Part shown: positions 51,453-64,000 of the stretch, one piece after another
Layout: each line of letters starts with the position of its first letter
Numbering within the stretch: position 1 is the stretch's first letter
Origin: Owenia fusiformis
Lineage: Eukaryota
Length of the DNA: 64,000 nucleotides
Assembly: GCA_903813345.2 (NCBI GenBank)
Contig: CAIIXF020000001.1
Span: 46,252,001-46,316,000 of the forward strand
Direction: 5' to 3'
The notes under the pieces: generated by a model
The model's input: only the letters and a program-made list of their open reading frames with translations
Told to the model about the DNA's origin: nothing
The model's database searches: none
Made by a program: the position numbers and the translations under genes

Positions 51453-52539
51453 ATTATCTTTTCTTTCATAGACTTCCATGCTTAAAAATTTCAAAATATG
51501 AATACCTGCTAATCCAATCCCGTATGACTGGTCCCGTTGCATTCAGACTATACAGGTTTTACTGTATTTCAATTTTGATATCAACAAGTATGATTTCAGA
51601 TAGGATTTCTTACGCAGATGAATAAAAACTTCAAAAGACCTGATATGACTACTTACTCTTAGAAGTATGAAACTTCCTTATCAGATACAGAAAATAACAA
51701 CTGTACAAAAATAAACAAGAATCTTGATAATATCGGTCAATGAGCAATAGAAATATTAATGGTTGTAATTTTATGATTATGTGAAACACCGAAACAACAA
51801 AATAACACCGTTCACAACTTCTATCGCAAAAGTAAGATAAGACTAGAATATCAGATTGACACTTCCACGTGTCAAAACAACACTTCTTGTAGGTGTCCAA
51901 AACAATAACTCTTAAAAGGTGACAACTTTATTTTTAATCAGCACCATGAGGCAAAAACATGTATTTTTATTACTATTTACATGTAATTATTAATTAATTG
52001 TTAATATTAATATTTCAAAGATCCTGTTTACTATGAAATCATGCAATGAAATCGTGATCTGGGCTTTTGATTGGCACATTTATGGCAAATTGAGGTTCAA
52101 TTTATCCTGTATCAATTTGTAAGAAGTGTTGAAGTATGTGTGTACTTTTCCTTCAGGAAGACCATTTATTATCTTGTGTATGAGTCAATATCTCAACATT
52201 ACATATGAAGAACATATAATACCTAATGCCTCACCTAACAAATGGCAGGTGGTGACATTTTGCATGTTGGTGCCTCATAGAATTTTCATTGGAATTCTAT
52301 GAGAAATATCTCAAAATCCAAAATATCTATTTTAAAACAATCATAAATAGAGCAATAATTAAGATTTTTAAGATATTTTTGTATATATTGAAAAATAGTG
52401 TTACATTAATTTTTTTGATTTAGTGTATCATTCTACTTATTACATGAGTATCTCTTGTCTGATTGAAATGAAAACATTCAAGGATATATTAAAAATACTA
52501 GTATATATAAACGTTTTGTGAAATTTTGTGTTTTTTCAG

Positions 52540-52674
52540 CCTTTGGAACAATGGAGCGTCTCAAATGTAACTGAATGGATGGCTGCTTGCAATCTTTATC
52601 CGTACTCACATGTATTCAGCAAATATAGCATCACAGGCAGTCAATTACTCAATCTCAATGACGCACAACTGCAG
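52540..52674 (+). CDS. PIK3R1: Gene 2 exon: SAM domain N-terminal part (PLEQWSVSNVTEWMAACNLYPYSHVFSKYSITGSQLLNLNDAQLQ)
   Basis: Acceptor ttttttcag, donor CAG|GTAAGG, phase 0-0. Fits the SAM pattern W-S-x-x-x-V-x-x-W...L-x-x-Y-x-x-x-F...I-T-G-x-x-L-L-x-L. Not in the ORF track. Confidence 0.88.
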
Positions 52675-52772
52675 GTAAGGACAAATTTTAGTTAGAATAT
52701 ATGTCATAACATGTCAAATGATGACAATGGAACCTGAACAAAAATGACTAATCAGCTAGAACTACACTAAAG

Positions 52773-52947
52773 CAGCGGTTTCACTAGAATTTCTCACAAC
52801 AGGCTAAATAAATGAAACCAACAGGCAAAATTAATGGAAATCATGAATTTAACAGGGAAAAGTTGAAAAGTCCCTAAAAACAACAGGAGATTTTGTGAAA
52901 ACAACTGGGGAAAATCGCCTGTTGCCTGCTGCTATTGAAACCCCATG
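52773..52947. mobile_element. Longer, older relative of the MITE at 6756-6877, in opposite orientation
   Basis: CAGCGGTTTCACTAGAATTTCT...aagtccctaaaaacaacagg...TGAAACCCCATG is the reverse complement of blocks in 6756-6877. Confidence 0.75.
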
Positions 52948-53233
52948 CTCTATCAAGAATTCATTACAGTACATGCTTTGGATAAAGATGAACTCTGATC
53001 ATACAAAATGAGCCACGTGTAGAAACACATGATGTTTCAAGCAAGATCACCTGAACACTTATCTTTACATTCATGAATGATTAATACAAAATTGAAATGG
53101 ATTTTCAATGGCATTTACACTGTACATTGACCTTTGTGAGCCTTCAGTTTACGTTCTATGTTTTATATCTACATTATCATATCTATGGCCTAAAATCAGA
53201 AAAATACATGTTAAAGAGGAGAATGGCATGGGG

Positions 53234-53433
53234 CATAGACTTAGCTTGTATTCGCGAATGCAAATAGCAGCTTACGGCTACCGGATTAACCTATCATAAC
53301 CTAACTCATTTTATAATATAAATGGAATAGTGGCAGGTACTATACATATTTAAATGAGTTGCCAATAAAATAGCAAGTTAATCCGATAGCCGACAGTCGT
53401 TAGTTGCATTCGCGAATACAAGCTAAGTCTATG
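53234..53433. mobile_element. 200-bp palindromic MITE-like element
   Basis: Perfect terminal inverted repeat of about 30 bp, CATAGACTTAGCTTGTATTCGCGAATGCAA, with weaker pairing further inward. No TSD seen. Confidence 0.8.
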
Positions 53434-56400
53434 TTGAACAACTTATATTTTTCTCATTGAATTCAGAAAATATTGTGTCTGTATATTTACTTTGAATCAT
53501 TGAATAACTCGGGTCATGTCTGCCTTACTTCATTTGCATTTTATAAATATACTGATATTTGATGAAGAGCTTGTGGTCTCATTTCATACATACATGTATA
53601 ATATATTTATCAACAGATATCAATACTTTTTAAACAATTATTTATCAATATTTTTTTAAACAATTATTCTTTTAAGTTTAATTTTATGGATATGAGAAAG
53701 ATGAACACAATACAAAAGTATCATGTGATCAACTCCATTTCCTGATATACTTCTCTTTCATTGTGTTATTTAATATGATCAATAAAACAGTGTTTGAAAA
53801 AGTTCTCGGTGCAGAGGTTGAAGGACAGGCCAAGTGTGCTTCAACAGAAAAATAAGTAGAGAGTTAAATATCTGTGAAGTAATTGTTGAATTATGAAAAA
53901 TCATAATTTTCAAATAATTTACACTTTTGTGATAATCAAGTTGATTTATTGTTATTTGAATCCCTATTGTTCTTCTTTGGTGAAAAATATAGTGTCAAAG
54001 TTTACCCTGCGTGCAGAGTTTAGTTATAAACTACCCTCTGCCTTAAGTATAGACTATATTACAGTTTAGCAGCCCCGCCCCACCCCAAATATTGGTGCCT
54101 GTGACGGGTCAGGTCATTTCAAATCTACCACACTGACCCTTTCTCAACCAATAAACGAAGTAGAAGGACCGCATGCTAAATACGTGCTCATTAACTATGC
54201 GGTGATGTCATAGGAAATGACCATATAGAAAGTTGTCCATATTTCAACGACGAACTCTGATTGGCTCGGTGAGATGAGTGATTTATTGTAAACTGAAAGA
54301 GTGAAGACGAAGCTCTCTTTTAAGAAGTGAAGTCCAATGAATGGAAAGGGTAGTCAAAGTTATACAGTAGAGATAAAATTGTGTCTCTTGATATTTTTTA
54401 TTTTATTTGCCTTAGTATTCATCCACTGGAATATTCATCATTAAAAGTATAACGACAGTACTAAATGACTATAGGAAATAGAACATTACAATGCTATAAA
54501 GTGCAGTAAAGTACATACAGATATATGATGGCTTTAATATATAAACCTCAGGTTTTTATTGAAGATCAATTTCACTTTATTGGTATAAAAAAGTGACTGG
54601 AGTATATTATTGATTAAAGAGTGTGTCCTTATACGACCTAGTGAACTATGTGAGTAAGACTACACCTTGTATTGGAATTATACTTGAGAAAATGCTCAGT
54701 CAATTGCAGTTACTAACTGTGGTGCATATAATTTGTCTACCTTTTCAGTATACCCCCCCCCCTCCCCAATAAAGAAAAGGTATTCATTTGGGATTATTTA
54801 GCATTAGTCTCAAACCCTCAAGAAAATCTAAAATATTATTTTTTCAAAACCAAAAATGATGTGATATAAGCCTTAATTGTTTAGTAACCCACATTAACAA
54901 CGAGTTACACTTTTAATTGCAACTCAATGTTGATTAATTTATCTTATTTTTGCCTTGTCCTTGTTTACTCATTTTTCAATCTGGTGATAATATTAATATT
55001 TAGACAAATCTTTAGCATAATTAAGGTAGAATTGATGAAGTTAAATGAAACACATTAAGGAAAAAAAGATTTAAAAACATAAACCAAGAAACACATCAAA
55101 GAAAGTTTTTTATGACCCCTTTCCTTGCCATCCTGGATTATTAAGGAATGACGTTTTTGAAAACCAAAAGCGAATATGTCTTTTCGCACTGTTGACAAGG
55201 TTTTTTTTACAAGAATCCAAGTGTTGTTATTATTCCAATGGAATATGAAGGTGAATGATAATGAAAAAATAATTATTTCAATGTCAGTTAGATGTATACT
55301 GGTATAATGCAGTTTTTCACAGGTGTACACATCCCCTGGAAATGTGACAGTATTCACACTAGGTCATGTATACATGATTAATGTTGATGTGCGCTTTTCT
55401 TTTTAATGGCGCTGAATATGGGGTGGTAGAAAGTGAATAAACTTTCATGATTTATAAAGGTTCCGTATAATGGCAATGAAAAGAAAAAAGAGACGTGGAT
55501 GTACTTTAAAAGCATTAGCCAATGACTGCTCGGTGAATCAGGTTTATGAGATAAATGTGCCTGGGTAATCATTGTGAAATACCCGGCCGATTTAATAGCG
55601 AGCAAGCGAGAAAGATACTAGGCCTGATGGGATTGCATAATATGTATATGCCAGTATGATAAACGCCAGAGAATATTGAATTAGCTTTTGTATGGATGTC
55701 CAAGGAGCCTTACAAGTGTTAGCTCATATGACAGTTGACTTGAGTTTGTAAAAATAGCAATTTTACACCTACAAGGAGTAAGAACATAAGGAGTTCACGA
55801 TTATAATGTTTCAGTCAGGAGCAAGCAGAATATGAGACAATGTTTTATAACCAGGTAATAGTTCAACATTTCTATCTTAGAATACTTTATTTGTTGCTCA
55901 TGAAATGTGGCATTATATATTGACAGAATGTCCCAGATATTGGCTAATTAGTATCCAGAATTGAGGATAACCAAAAGAATTTAGATTTAATGTCTCCAAA
56001 ATTTCAATAAATTATACGGATTATTTACCACTTTTTATATGTGTATCATTTGAATTTCTCATATTTTTTATTTTTTAACATTCATCTTATGGGAAAAGGA
56101 TATAGATAATATTGCAGGTTAAGATATCAGTTAGGAATGTAATAGGCATAAACTTAGTTCATTAACATCTTCATGTTTGCAACGAGAAGGAAACTCTAAC
56201 AAGAAATGAAATTGATTGTGTCACGCTGGAGTCCTTTAGAAATAGATACTCATTTTATGAGTAGAATATTAATCAAATGATGATCATAAAGAGTGAATAA
56301 ATTCATAAGTCCTGATCATAATCTAATAGTACAAAGTAATGAGTATATACTAGAGTAAAGCCTATCTGACCTTTGTAATGTTCTTTTACAGAGCACCATG

Positions 56401-57104
56401 TACTTTTATGAAAAATCCACAAACGTAATCAACTTATGTTTGGAATGAAAGTAAATAGTCATAACCTTTTTTAAAAAATGGAGAAATGTTCAATTTGATA
56501 AAAATCAGTAGGGTTTATTATATTTTTCAGAGACAACAGTGAATCAATGTGAAATATAATTAATTATTTAGGAGACCATCGGAATATTGACCTAGTCTTT
56601 GAGGGGGTAAATCATGATTTCAGGGGGTAAATATTGATTTTGGACTTCCTTCATGAGGGGGTGGGGATGGTATCAAATAACTATGAAGAAATGAATTTTA
56701 TTTTCTATATGTGTTGACATTATAGGATATAGGTTAACACAATATTTGGGTTAATACCTTGTTACATCATCTATATATTGATAATTTCATTGACGCAGCA
56801 TATCCCATTGTAATTTTGTCTGGCGATAAGAGCTAACTAAAAGTAGATATCTAACGTCATCAATAATATTGGCTCTGTTTAATCTTATAAAGAACTGAGG
56901 CCCTGCAATTGATTTCTTGAATAACATGACGTCTGGATATGAAATTCCACGTTAAATACCCTGGAGTGTCTTTGTCTGATCATATAGTGTTTAAGTAAGA
57001 GATGTATAGAATGGTTCTTTATTACTGATTATAAATAACTACTCCGGTCATCAAAAATTCTCTTTGAAAATTCTTCAGATTCTATGCCATTTTTGTTGTA
57101 TAAA

Positions 57105-57777
57105 TGCACTAGACTAGAGAAACTTCAAAAGATGGCAGCACGAATTATACTGAGAGCCAATTTCGATATTTCAAGTGTCACTTTATTTCAGTCTCTAAAT
57201 TGGACTCCAATTCAGGAAATGATTAGATATAGGAAATCAATTTTAATGTACCAGGCTATTTCATGCATCTCTCCCCCATATATTCAAAACTGTTTCAAAG
57301 AGACAAAGTCTGTCCATAATTATGCCACCAGAGCAGTTGTGGAAAATTCACTTTATGTACCAAAACCAAAACTTGAAATATTTAAGAAAAGCATATCATA
57401 CAGTGGTTCACATCTTTGGAACAAGCTTGATAAGACCGTCAAAGAGTCTGATTCTGTAAACTCTTTTAAGAAAGCATATAAACAAGTGTATCAGATCAGA
57501 AAATGAAAATCATGTAAATGCATTTTAAAGACATTGTTCCTTATATTTATTATGTTATTCTCTTATAAGTTGTTCTCTATGTTTCATGTAAATGCATACT
57601 TTGAAGATGCATATATATCAAATTGTTCTATATGTCCTATATATCTATTTGTATGTTTCTATATTTATTGTACACATTGTAAATAATTGTAAATTATTAC
57701 TGGGCCTCTAGGAAGACCAGTTTTTGTACTGATAGAGCTACCCAGAATAAATATAGTTTTCAAATCAAATCAAATCA
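57105..57777 (+). mobile_element. 5'-truncated non-LTR retrotransposon (CR1/L2 group): ORF2 C-terminus, 3' UTR and microsatellite tail
   Basis: ORF 57084-57506 has LEKLQKMAARII...LNW...HNYATR...SISYSGSHLWNKL...NSFKK, typical of the post-RT C-terminal region of CR1/L2-like ORF2. It ends AATAAA...(CAAAT)3. Confidence 0.88.
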
Positions 57778-58246
57778 GAATTGCCGCTGTTTATGCAAAT
57801 GCTTGTGCATTATATTTAATATTATTTTCCAGTTTCAAGCAAGAATGTTTTTTTATATCACAGGAAAAATTCAAAGAGAAAATGTTTGTCATTTCTTCAG
57901 GTTGTGACCAGCTATGCTCCTTAAGTACTCAAAAAGTACAATATATCACTTATCATTATGGTTGTTCATGTTCATATCTTTGCCATCTGGTCAGATATGA
58001 AATTCAGCCATAGTTATAATAAAGAACCTTGACCTTTCTCCATGTTGCTCATATCATTCAAACAGTTGATGCACTTTAGCTCGTATGTATGTATGTATAT
58101 ATATTTTTGTAAATCCGAGAGAAAATTGATGTTAGAAAATATCTTAAGCAACTTTGCAAAGTATATTATGTCAGTGTATTCAGATACAGAGGATATGTTA
58201 TTTTGCTAAATTATTGAAAAAATGTCTTCAGAATGATAATTATGCA

Positions 58247-58345
58247 AGTGGTGAAATATTGTTATAGTTTCCAACTTTTTTCTGGCGGTAGTTGGTGTTT
58301 TGCAGTTGTTGTTCAGCGTTTGATGTGTCTGTTACTAATGGCATT
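58247..58345 (+). mobile_element. HINE-like family A fragment
   Basis: gtggtgaaatattgttatagtttccaactttttt...tctgttactaatggca. Confidence 0.55.
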
Positions 58346-59012
58346 TTAGCTTAAGTCATCTAGTTAATAACTGAAAGTCAACTGTCGTCAAGTGAAGTAG
58401 TGGCAAAACTGTATATTTAGAGCCTCACTACCTCTGCTAGTTAGATGAATGTGGTTTTCATGCATGCAAAATGAATAGAGAATAATGGTTAAGACGTGCC
58501 TTGTTGAGTGCGTGTTGTTTATCAAGCCCTGGGATAATTTATTATGAAAAGGTTATTACATCAATGAATCATTGTAGAATTGAAATATTTTTTAAAAGTT
58601 ATTTTTTGGAATTAAAAATGTTAAATAGCACAGATGATGTTGCGGTTAAATATACACATTATTCTTTGAATATCATTGTAATTCCTTTCTAACATTCATT
58701 TGAAATACTAGATGGACACTTATAAAAGCAAACTTGTTACTCCCTATGTTAGAGGTGTAATTGAAAATGTATTCTACTTAATAGAAATGGCTAAATTGTT
58801 AGGTGCAATTTCTTTGAGGTTTCTTACTTTTTATAAGCAGGCTTTCAGATCTTTGTCAAAACTTGTTATTATTTTTTTTCATTGAACTCTGATTTGAGAG
58901 TTTAATTATATGTTTGAAATGTGTTTCCATAGGATTTATTTCGCATTTACATTCTGTAGAAATCATCATTAAAACTTGAATGACTGCCACGACATCTCAA
59001 TTCCTTAGACTC

Positions 59013-59147
59013 ATGTCACCACCAGAAATGGTGACATATTGTTATAGTCTCCAGATCTGAGTGTGGATGGTGTTTGGTGTTTGGAGTCCAGTGGTCGGCG
59101 TTTGTAACAAATGTCAGGTGGTGACATTTTACAAGTTAATGCCTTGT
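59013..59147 (+). mobile_element. HINE-like family A short copy
   Basis: atgtcaccaccagaaatggtgacatattgttatagtctcc...ggtggtgacattttacaagttaatgccttgt. Confidence 0.7.
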
Positions 59148-59528
59148 ATAATTTTGATAAGGCATCATTAAACTTATGGAGGTTATATCACCCGTGCCTG
59201 TGTTATGACATCTAATGACAGTGACAACAGAATACAATGCCTATTATGTAATAATAATAATTAGGTGATAAACATCACATTTACTGGCAGTTGGAACTCT
59301 TCCCATTAAATGACAATATATATATGTGTTTCATAAAATCAGAAACAATGTTTTTAGAAGAACAGATAGTGAGTTTCAAGTTGTACAATAATCTTCATGA
59401 TATGAAAGATGATGCTGTTTAAATCTGAACTTATCCTAATTATTATATGCCATTTTTACTTACGACATTTGAAGTCTCAGGATAAATTTATTTTAAACTT
59501 GTCGTGATGTGATATTTATGTATTTCAG

Positions 59529-59606
59529 GATATGGAAATTCATGATGACTACGACAGGAAAGCGATAATGCTGTGTGTCGATGAACTAAGTAAAAGACAA
59601 TCAATG
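59529..59606 (+). CDS. PIK3R1: Gene 2 exon: SAM domain C-terminal helix (DMEIHDDYDRKAIMLCVDELSKRQSM); gene continues beyond the window
   Basis: Acceptor tatttcag, donor ATG|GTGAGT, phase 0-0. Completes the SAM fold pattern (M-x-I...R-x-x-I...V-x-x-L). Confidence 0.82.
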
Positions 59607-62600
59607 GTGAGTTTTCTTAGGACAATTTTAGCTTTTAATCGTGATAAAATGAGCCTTGTTATACTCGTATAACTCTTTATTGCTTTTGCATTCTGTTTTA
59701 TGGATATGAAAATCTGTGATGCAGTTAAATTAACACTGTTGGTCAATTCCAAGACTTTGCAGTGTGCTCTTCAAGTTTTTTTCATTAGATTTCTTTTTGT
59801 TCAGTATTTATAAGACCATGTTCTCATAACTTTGGGCAGACTGTAAATTATGCGTACAGTCATAAAAGCTGAATTCAGTTTTCTTTTTTAGACAACAGGT
59901 TTTTGTTGTTAGGTAGAACTAGTGGAATGAAATCATCAATTTTTGTTTACATAACAATTTTTGTTAGAGACATAATGGAAACATTGAATTTGTTGCCAAC
60001 ATTTAAATGATATATTACTTTGCCTTGACAAGTATTTATACTGAAATCTCTATATTTGCCATGATACAAATAGGAGCACCTTGATTTGAGCTTTTTCGGG
60101 CTTAAAATATCAGTTTTATTTCTGCTTGCCAATGCAGTTTGCAATTTCTAAAAAAAGGTTCTTGAAATTCTATAAGTGTTAAATGATAAATGTTTGTAGA
60201 ATTTCTCAAATTCATTGGCCTAGAACTTGAGTGCAGTTGATGGTTGCTAAGTTACCATAACCTATACTGCCAGATTTTTTAGATCAAGGTCAGAAGATAA
60301 AAAAAACATCTGTCAAGAGTTTTCCCCAGAGCAAAACACCAGGTGCTATTTCAAAAATAAATTAAACTGAGCCAAATTTGAGTTTTCTCTTAAGATTTTA
60401 CAGTTAATTGTATAGTGTAAACTAGGTTAATTTGCAGTGTTTTCTTTCAATCTATTTTTGCCTCTTTTATTGGTTGTTTTTATTATTCTATGTTGATATC
60501 TGTCATGTCACTTTTCAAAACAAAATTTGACTTGTAGGCTTGTAAAAGACCCCTCTGGCATAGGGCGTTGTAATTGATACTTTTAAAATATTATGAAGAT
60601 AAAAGTTGTCTTTAAAAACTTTTAAATGAACAATGGAAAGGTTAGATTATTTCTTTCATGTAGTTGGGAGAATTGTAGAATATAGAAAAACTTGTAAATC
60701 CAAACACCATGTGAATCCCACAATGTACACAGGGTCTTTAAATTCATGTTCATGGTTTATGTTTATGAATATACTAAAGCATACATAACATTGGAGAACA
60801 TCATGACAACCCATGATGGTATCATAATGTTTTTATTGTGAATATCTAATTATCAGTATTAAAAGCCACCACTTATTGTTCAGAAAGATGATTAATTAAT
60901 GAGATACAGATGAATATCAATATAAGATATCATTGTGCAAGTTCAAAAGTTTATATTTTTTGACAGTTTTGTAGATTTATAGAATGCCCCCTAAGTCAAT
61001 GTAGACAAATCGTTATAAGACGTTTCATTAAAGAGTCCCCTGATGACACTTTTTAGATTATATCGTGAGCCTATAGAATCACCAATGCATCCGTCATCCA
61101 TATTTTACTAATTTCTTTTAAATCATACATAATATAAATAATTCCCTTTTTACCATGTAAACTCGATGAATGGTGCCTTTTTCCAATTTGTGAGCTGTTT
61201 TGGCACAAAAGAATCACCTTGGGACTTAAAATCAGTGAACTAAATAGAAGGTGAATGCTCTCATACTGCTGGCATGGCATCATCACATTCGGAATCACAT
61301 TCATCATGTACTCAGCATGCATTCTGAATAAAGATTTATATTAATCCATACAGTGATATATATTTAATATATTTCATTGTCGATTGTTGTAAATCAGTTA
61401 AGTGTCTCTATATTTCAAATCCGTTTCTGCCTGCTACCTTTTTGATATATAAATCTCCCAAAAGGATTAATCAACCCCAGTGCATTCATTCTGTCAAACT
61501 CAATCAATGTCCAGTCGTAGTCCTTGAACTTACATGGATAAGTTCATTTGGGTTCCTGGAGACCGGCTAAACATTCTTTATAACAGTAAATGTGACTATG
61601 CAATATCTCATAAAGTTATTATTTGTCAAGGTTGAGGACCAATCGGAATTAGTGAACATATAATGAGCTTACTGGGGTTAAAATTTGGGTACCTCCCTCA
61701 ATTGTATGAAAGGCTTTTAGGTGAAAAACCAGGTATTGCCCAATATCCTATAATAGACCAAAGAGTCCAGGAGATTTAAACAGTGAAGAAAAGAATCGAA
61801 TGTTCTATTGAGCAACTAATGAAAGACTCTATTGATTCTATTAAATTCTGCTTGATGCAGTATGTATTTAGTCGATTGTATGTCGAACATAATCTATAAA
61901 GGTCATAGATTCTGCACCATGATTGGGTAGGAGTCTGTCTGCAAACAGAACTCTTCAGACAGAAGAAAGGTTGCACGAGTTGAGTGATAAGAAAGACTGG
62001 ACGGAAGTATGAAACATTTATTAAACATGCCCAATATGCAGTACAGTATAAAATATTTCATTAACTAATTACTGGATAGAAAAGGATATATGAGCATGAA
62101 CGTATTTAGAATCAGTGGATAATATGTCTTATGATTCTTGCCAGGATATTGTATTTATACCCCAACAGGTAAGAATAGAATTCATTTTCACATGTTACAT
62201 TCACGTGTTATGTATCCTGACATTCTTTCAGTAATCAGAAAAATAATTGAAGATATTTCCATTAAAAACTGTTCAAGGCCAGAGTGCACTTTCGAATTTT
62301 TTTTTAATTTTGAAAAGTAAACCACTGAATATTCTAGTTATTCAAACATTCTGAAGAATTATCAACCCTCAATTAATAGTCTAGGAACACCAATGCATCT
62401 TTTGTGCAAGAATGAAAGATGTAGATGATGTGTGGAATGAGTTATGTTTATCTGAAAAAAAATAGCACATGTCACAGTGCATGAAATAAGGATTTTTTTA
62501 ACCTAGACATTTTGGCAGGCCTGTCAGATTTTAACAAGCCATATCATTTTTTCTCAGGCCAATTTTTGGCAGGCTGTTTCTTCCTTCTCTGGCCAACAAT

Positions 62601-62920
62601 TTCACTTACCATATTTCTCCACAACCACTCTAAATTGAGATTTAGTTTAGTACAATATTAACAAAGATAAAACTAATTGCATATTGCATGTCATGTATCA
62701 TTCACTATACCGTACTTGATGACTTAACCAACAGCCTGAGTGTGTTGATCCCCCCCCCCCTAGATTCACCTTGCAAAAACATGAGGAACATGTACATATT
62801 GATCAAACTAAATTGTACTGATTTTGGTCGGTTTAGAATTGCTCAGAAATCAGAAGCTTCAAGGTATTCAAAAACACATATTATGTACACAGACTCCACT
62901 AAAATTCAAGGTATATATTA

Positions 62921-63800
62921 TTGGTGTCACGGTCAAAAAAATTCGGTACGGTTTGGATCGGTACAAATGGTCTCGGGATACGGTACTTTCGGGACGGGAC
63001 GGGACAGACAGAACACTAAAAATGATACAATCGTCTGATGATGACAGTTTCACTTTCACTTTCACTTTCATGCTTTTCAAAATCACATTCAGAAATATGT
63101 CAATTAAATCAAACATAAAGCATCTGCCGCGAATGTGATCGGCATTTCACATAGTCTGCATGGTGTACTATCACCAATTCGTTTACCTTGTGATATCGGA
63201 GTCCCAAAATACTTCCAAACTGCCGACTTTTTCGACTTAGATGCCGGCTCGATTTTTCAATTTCTTTCCTACATCCGGCATACTGATAATGCACTCGATT
63301 TGCGAACGACAATTAAGAAATGAGTCATTCATAGCCAATCAAAATCACTGTAATTTCAACAAACAACAACAGCCAATCGAAAGTCACGTTATATCTTGTG
63401 CTTCGGTACCAAACAAAAATATTTTGAAATGTTTTTCAATCTTCAACAAAAGTCATGAAATAAGCCGAAAACGCAGGGAATTCGGAGGATTTCCGGACTG
63501 ATATGTAAGTTCTATTCATGGGCAATCTAACGAATGCCACAAATGTCTAGCAGGCCAAAATGTCTTGGTGTTTTTATCAAAACAAGCCATCCATAATTTT
63601 GTCAGGCCAATGGCCGATGTCGGACGTCTATTTCGCGCACTGCCGACATGGTCATGAAATTTCATCAAAGTGTACCTTACAGGGCCGTAGGGAGAGGGGG
63701 TTCGTAGGGCTCGTGCGAACCCCCCCCCCCAAATCTTGCCTAAAAAAAATTCGAACCCACCCTTTCTGGCAATTATGCAAACCTCCAAACTTTGAGTAAA
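62921..63800. mobile_element. Probable left ends of nested MITE or DNA-transposon copies (right ends not found in the window)
   Basis: CpG-rich block starting ggtgtcacggt with cggtac/gggac subterminal repeats (cf. TGTCACGG in the TIR at 28839). A second start, CAGGGCCGTAGGGAG, with a gggggttcg...cgaaccccc hairpin at about 63680-63730. Confidence 0.4.
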
Positions 63801-64000
63801 ATTTTTGCAGTCTCAATAATTTATCGTTTTTTATTACCCAAAGACAATTGAGTTATATGTGAAGATGGAAATATGTGAGATTTATAGCTTCATTTTGAGT
63901 AAAAAAGATTTTAAAAAAAACATAAAAACAAAAAACTTCTTATCAATAATGGGCGATAATAGGTATGCTCTTTGCACTTTAGGCCTGAAATACTGAAGTA

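Noticed and set aside
57084..57506. 140-aa ORF as an independent host gene
   Set aside because: Matches the C-terminal end of a LINE ORF2 and is followed by a LINE-type tail. The ATG probably comes from flanking DNA.
59607..64000. Further gene 2 exons (RhoGAP/SH2)
   Set aside because: No convincing in-frame exon found by eye. The next exon probably lies beyond the window, though a small exon could have been missed.

Overview
AT-rich eukaryotic genomic DNA, animal and probably a marine invertebrate such as a mollusc or other lophotrochozoan (inferred from the repeat types). No prokaryotic features, rRNA, tRNA or CRISPR were seen, and most ORFs in the track are spurious. Two spliced + strand genes can be rebuilt from GT-AG sites with consistent phases. 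(1) The last three coding exons (685-969, 1542-1812, 2174-2261) of a single-pass membrane protein with an FN3 domain, a glycine-zipper TM helix and a short tail. Its stop codon lies inside a 15-copy, 49-bp minisatellite amplified from its own coding end. (2) The 5' part of a large gene (probable UTR exon 11883-11957; coding exons 13540-13822, 20102-20164, 29385-29432, 29779-29888, 52540-52674, 59529-59606; 239 codons, continuing past the window). It encodes a PI3K p85-type SH3 domain, a PxxPxR motif, a PKC-like C1 zinc finger and a SAM domain, so it is most likely an invertebrate p85-like PI3K regulatory subunit with extra domains. The introns are full of non-autonomous DNA elements: a 4.6-kb near-palindromic foldback element (TAG..CTA ends, 3-bp TSD, satellite core), CAG-ended elements with 5- and 6-bp TSDs, an 8-bp-TSD hAT MITE, about 10 co-oriented Helentron/HINE-like copies, and a 5'-truncated CR1/L2-group LINE. 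Coordinates were read by eye: exon and TIR/TSD boundaries are near exact, degenerate repeat edges are approximate.
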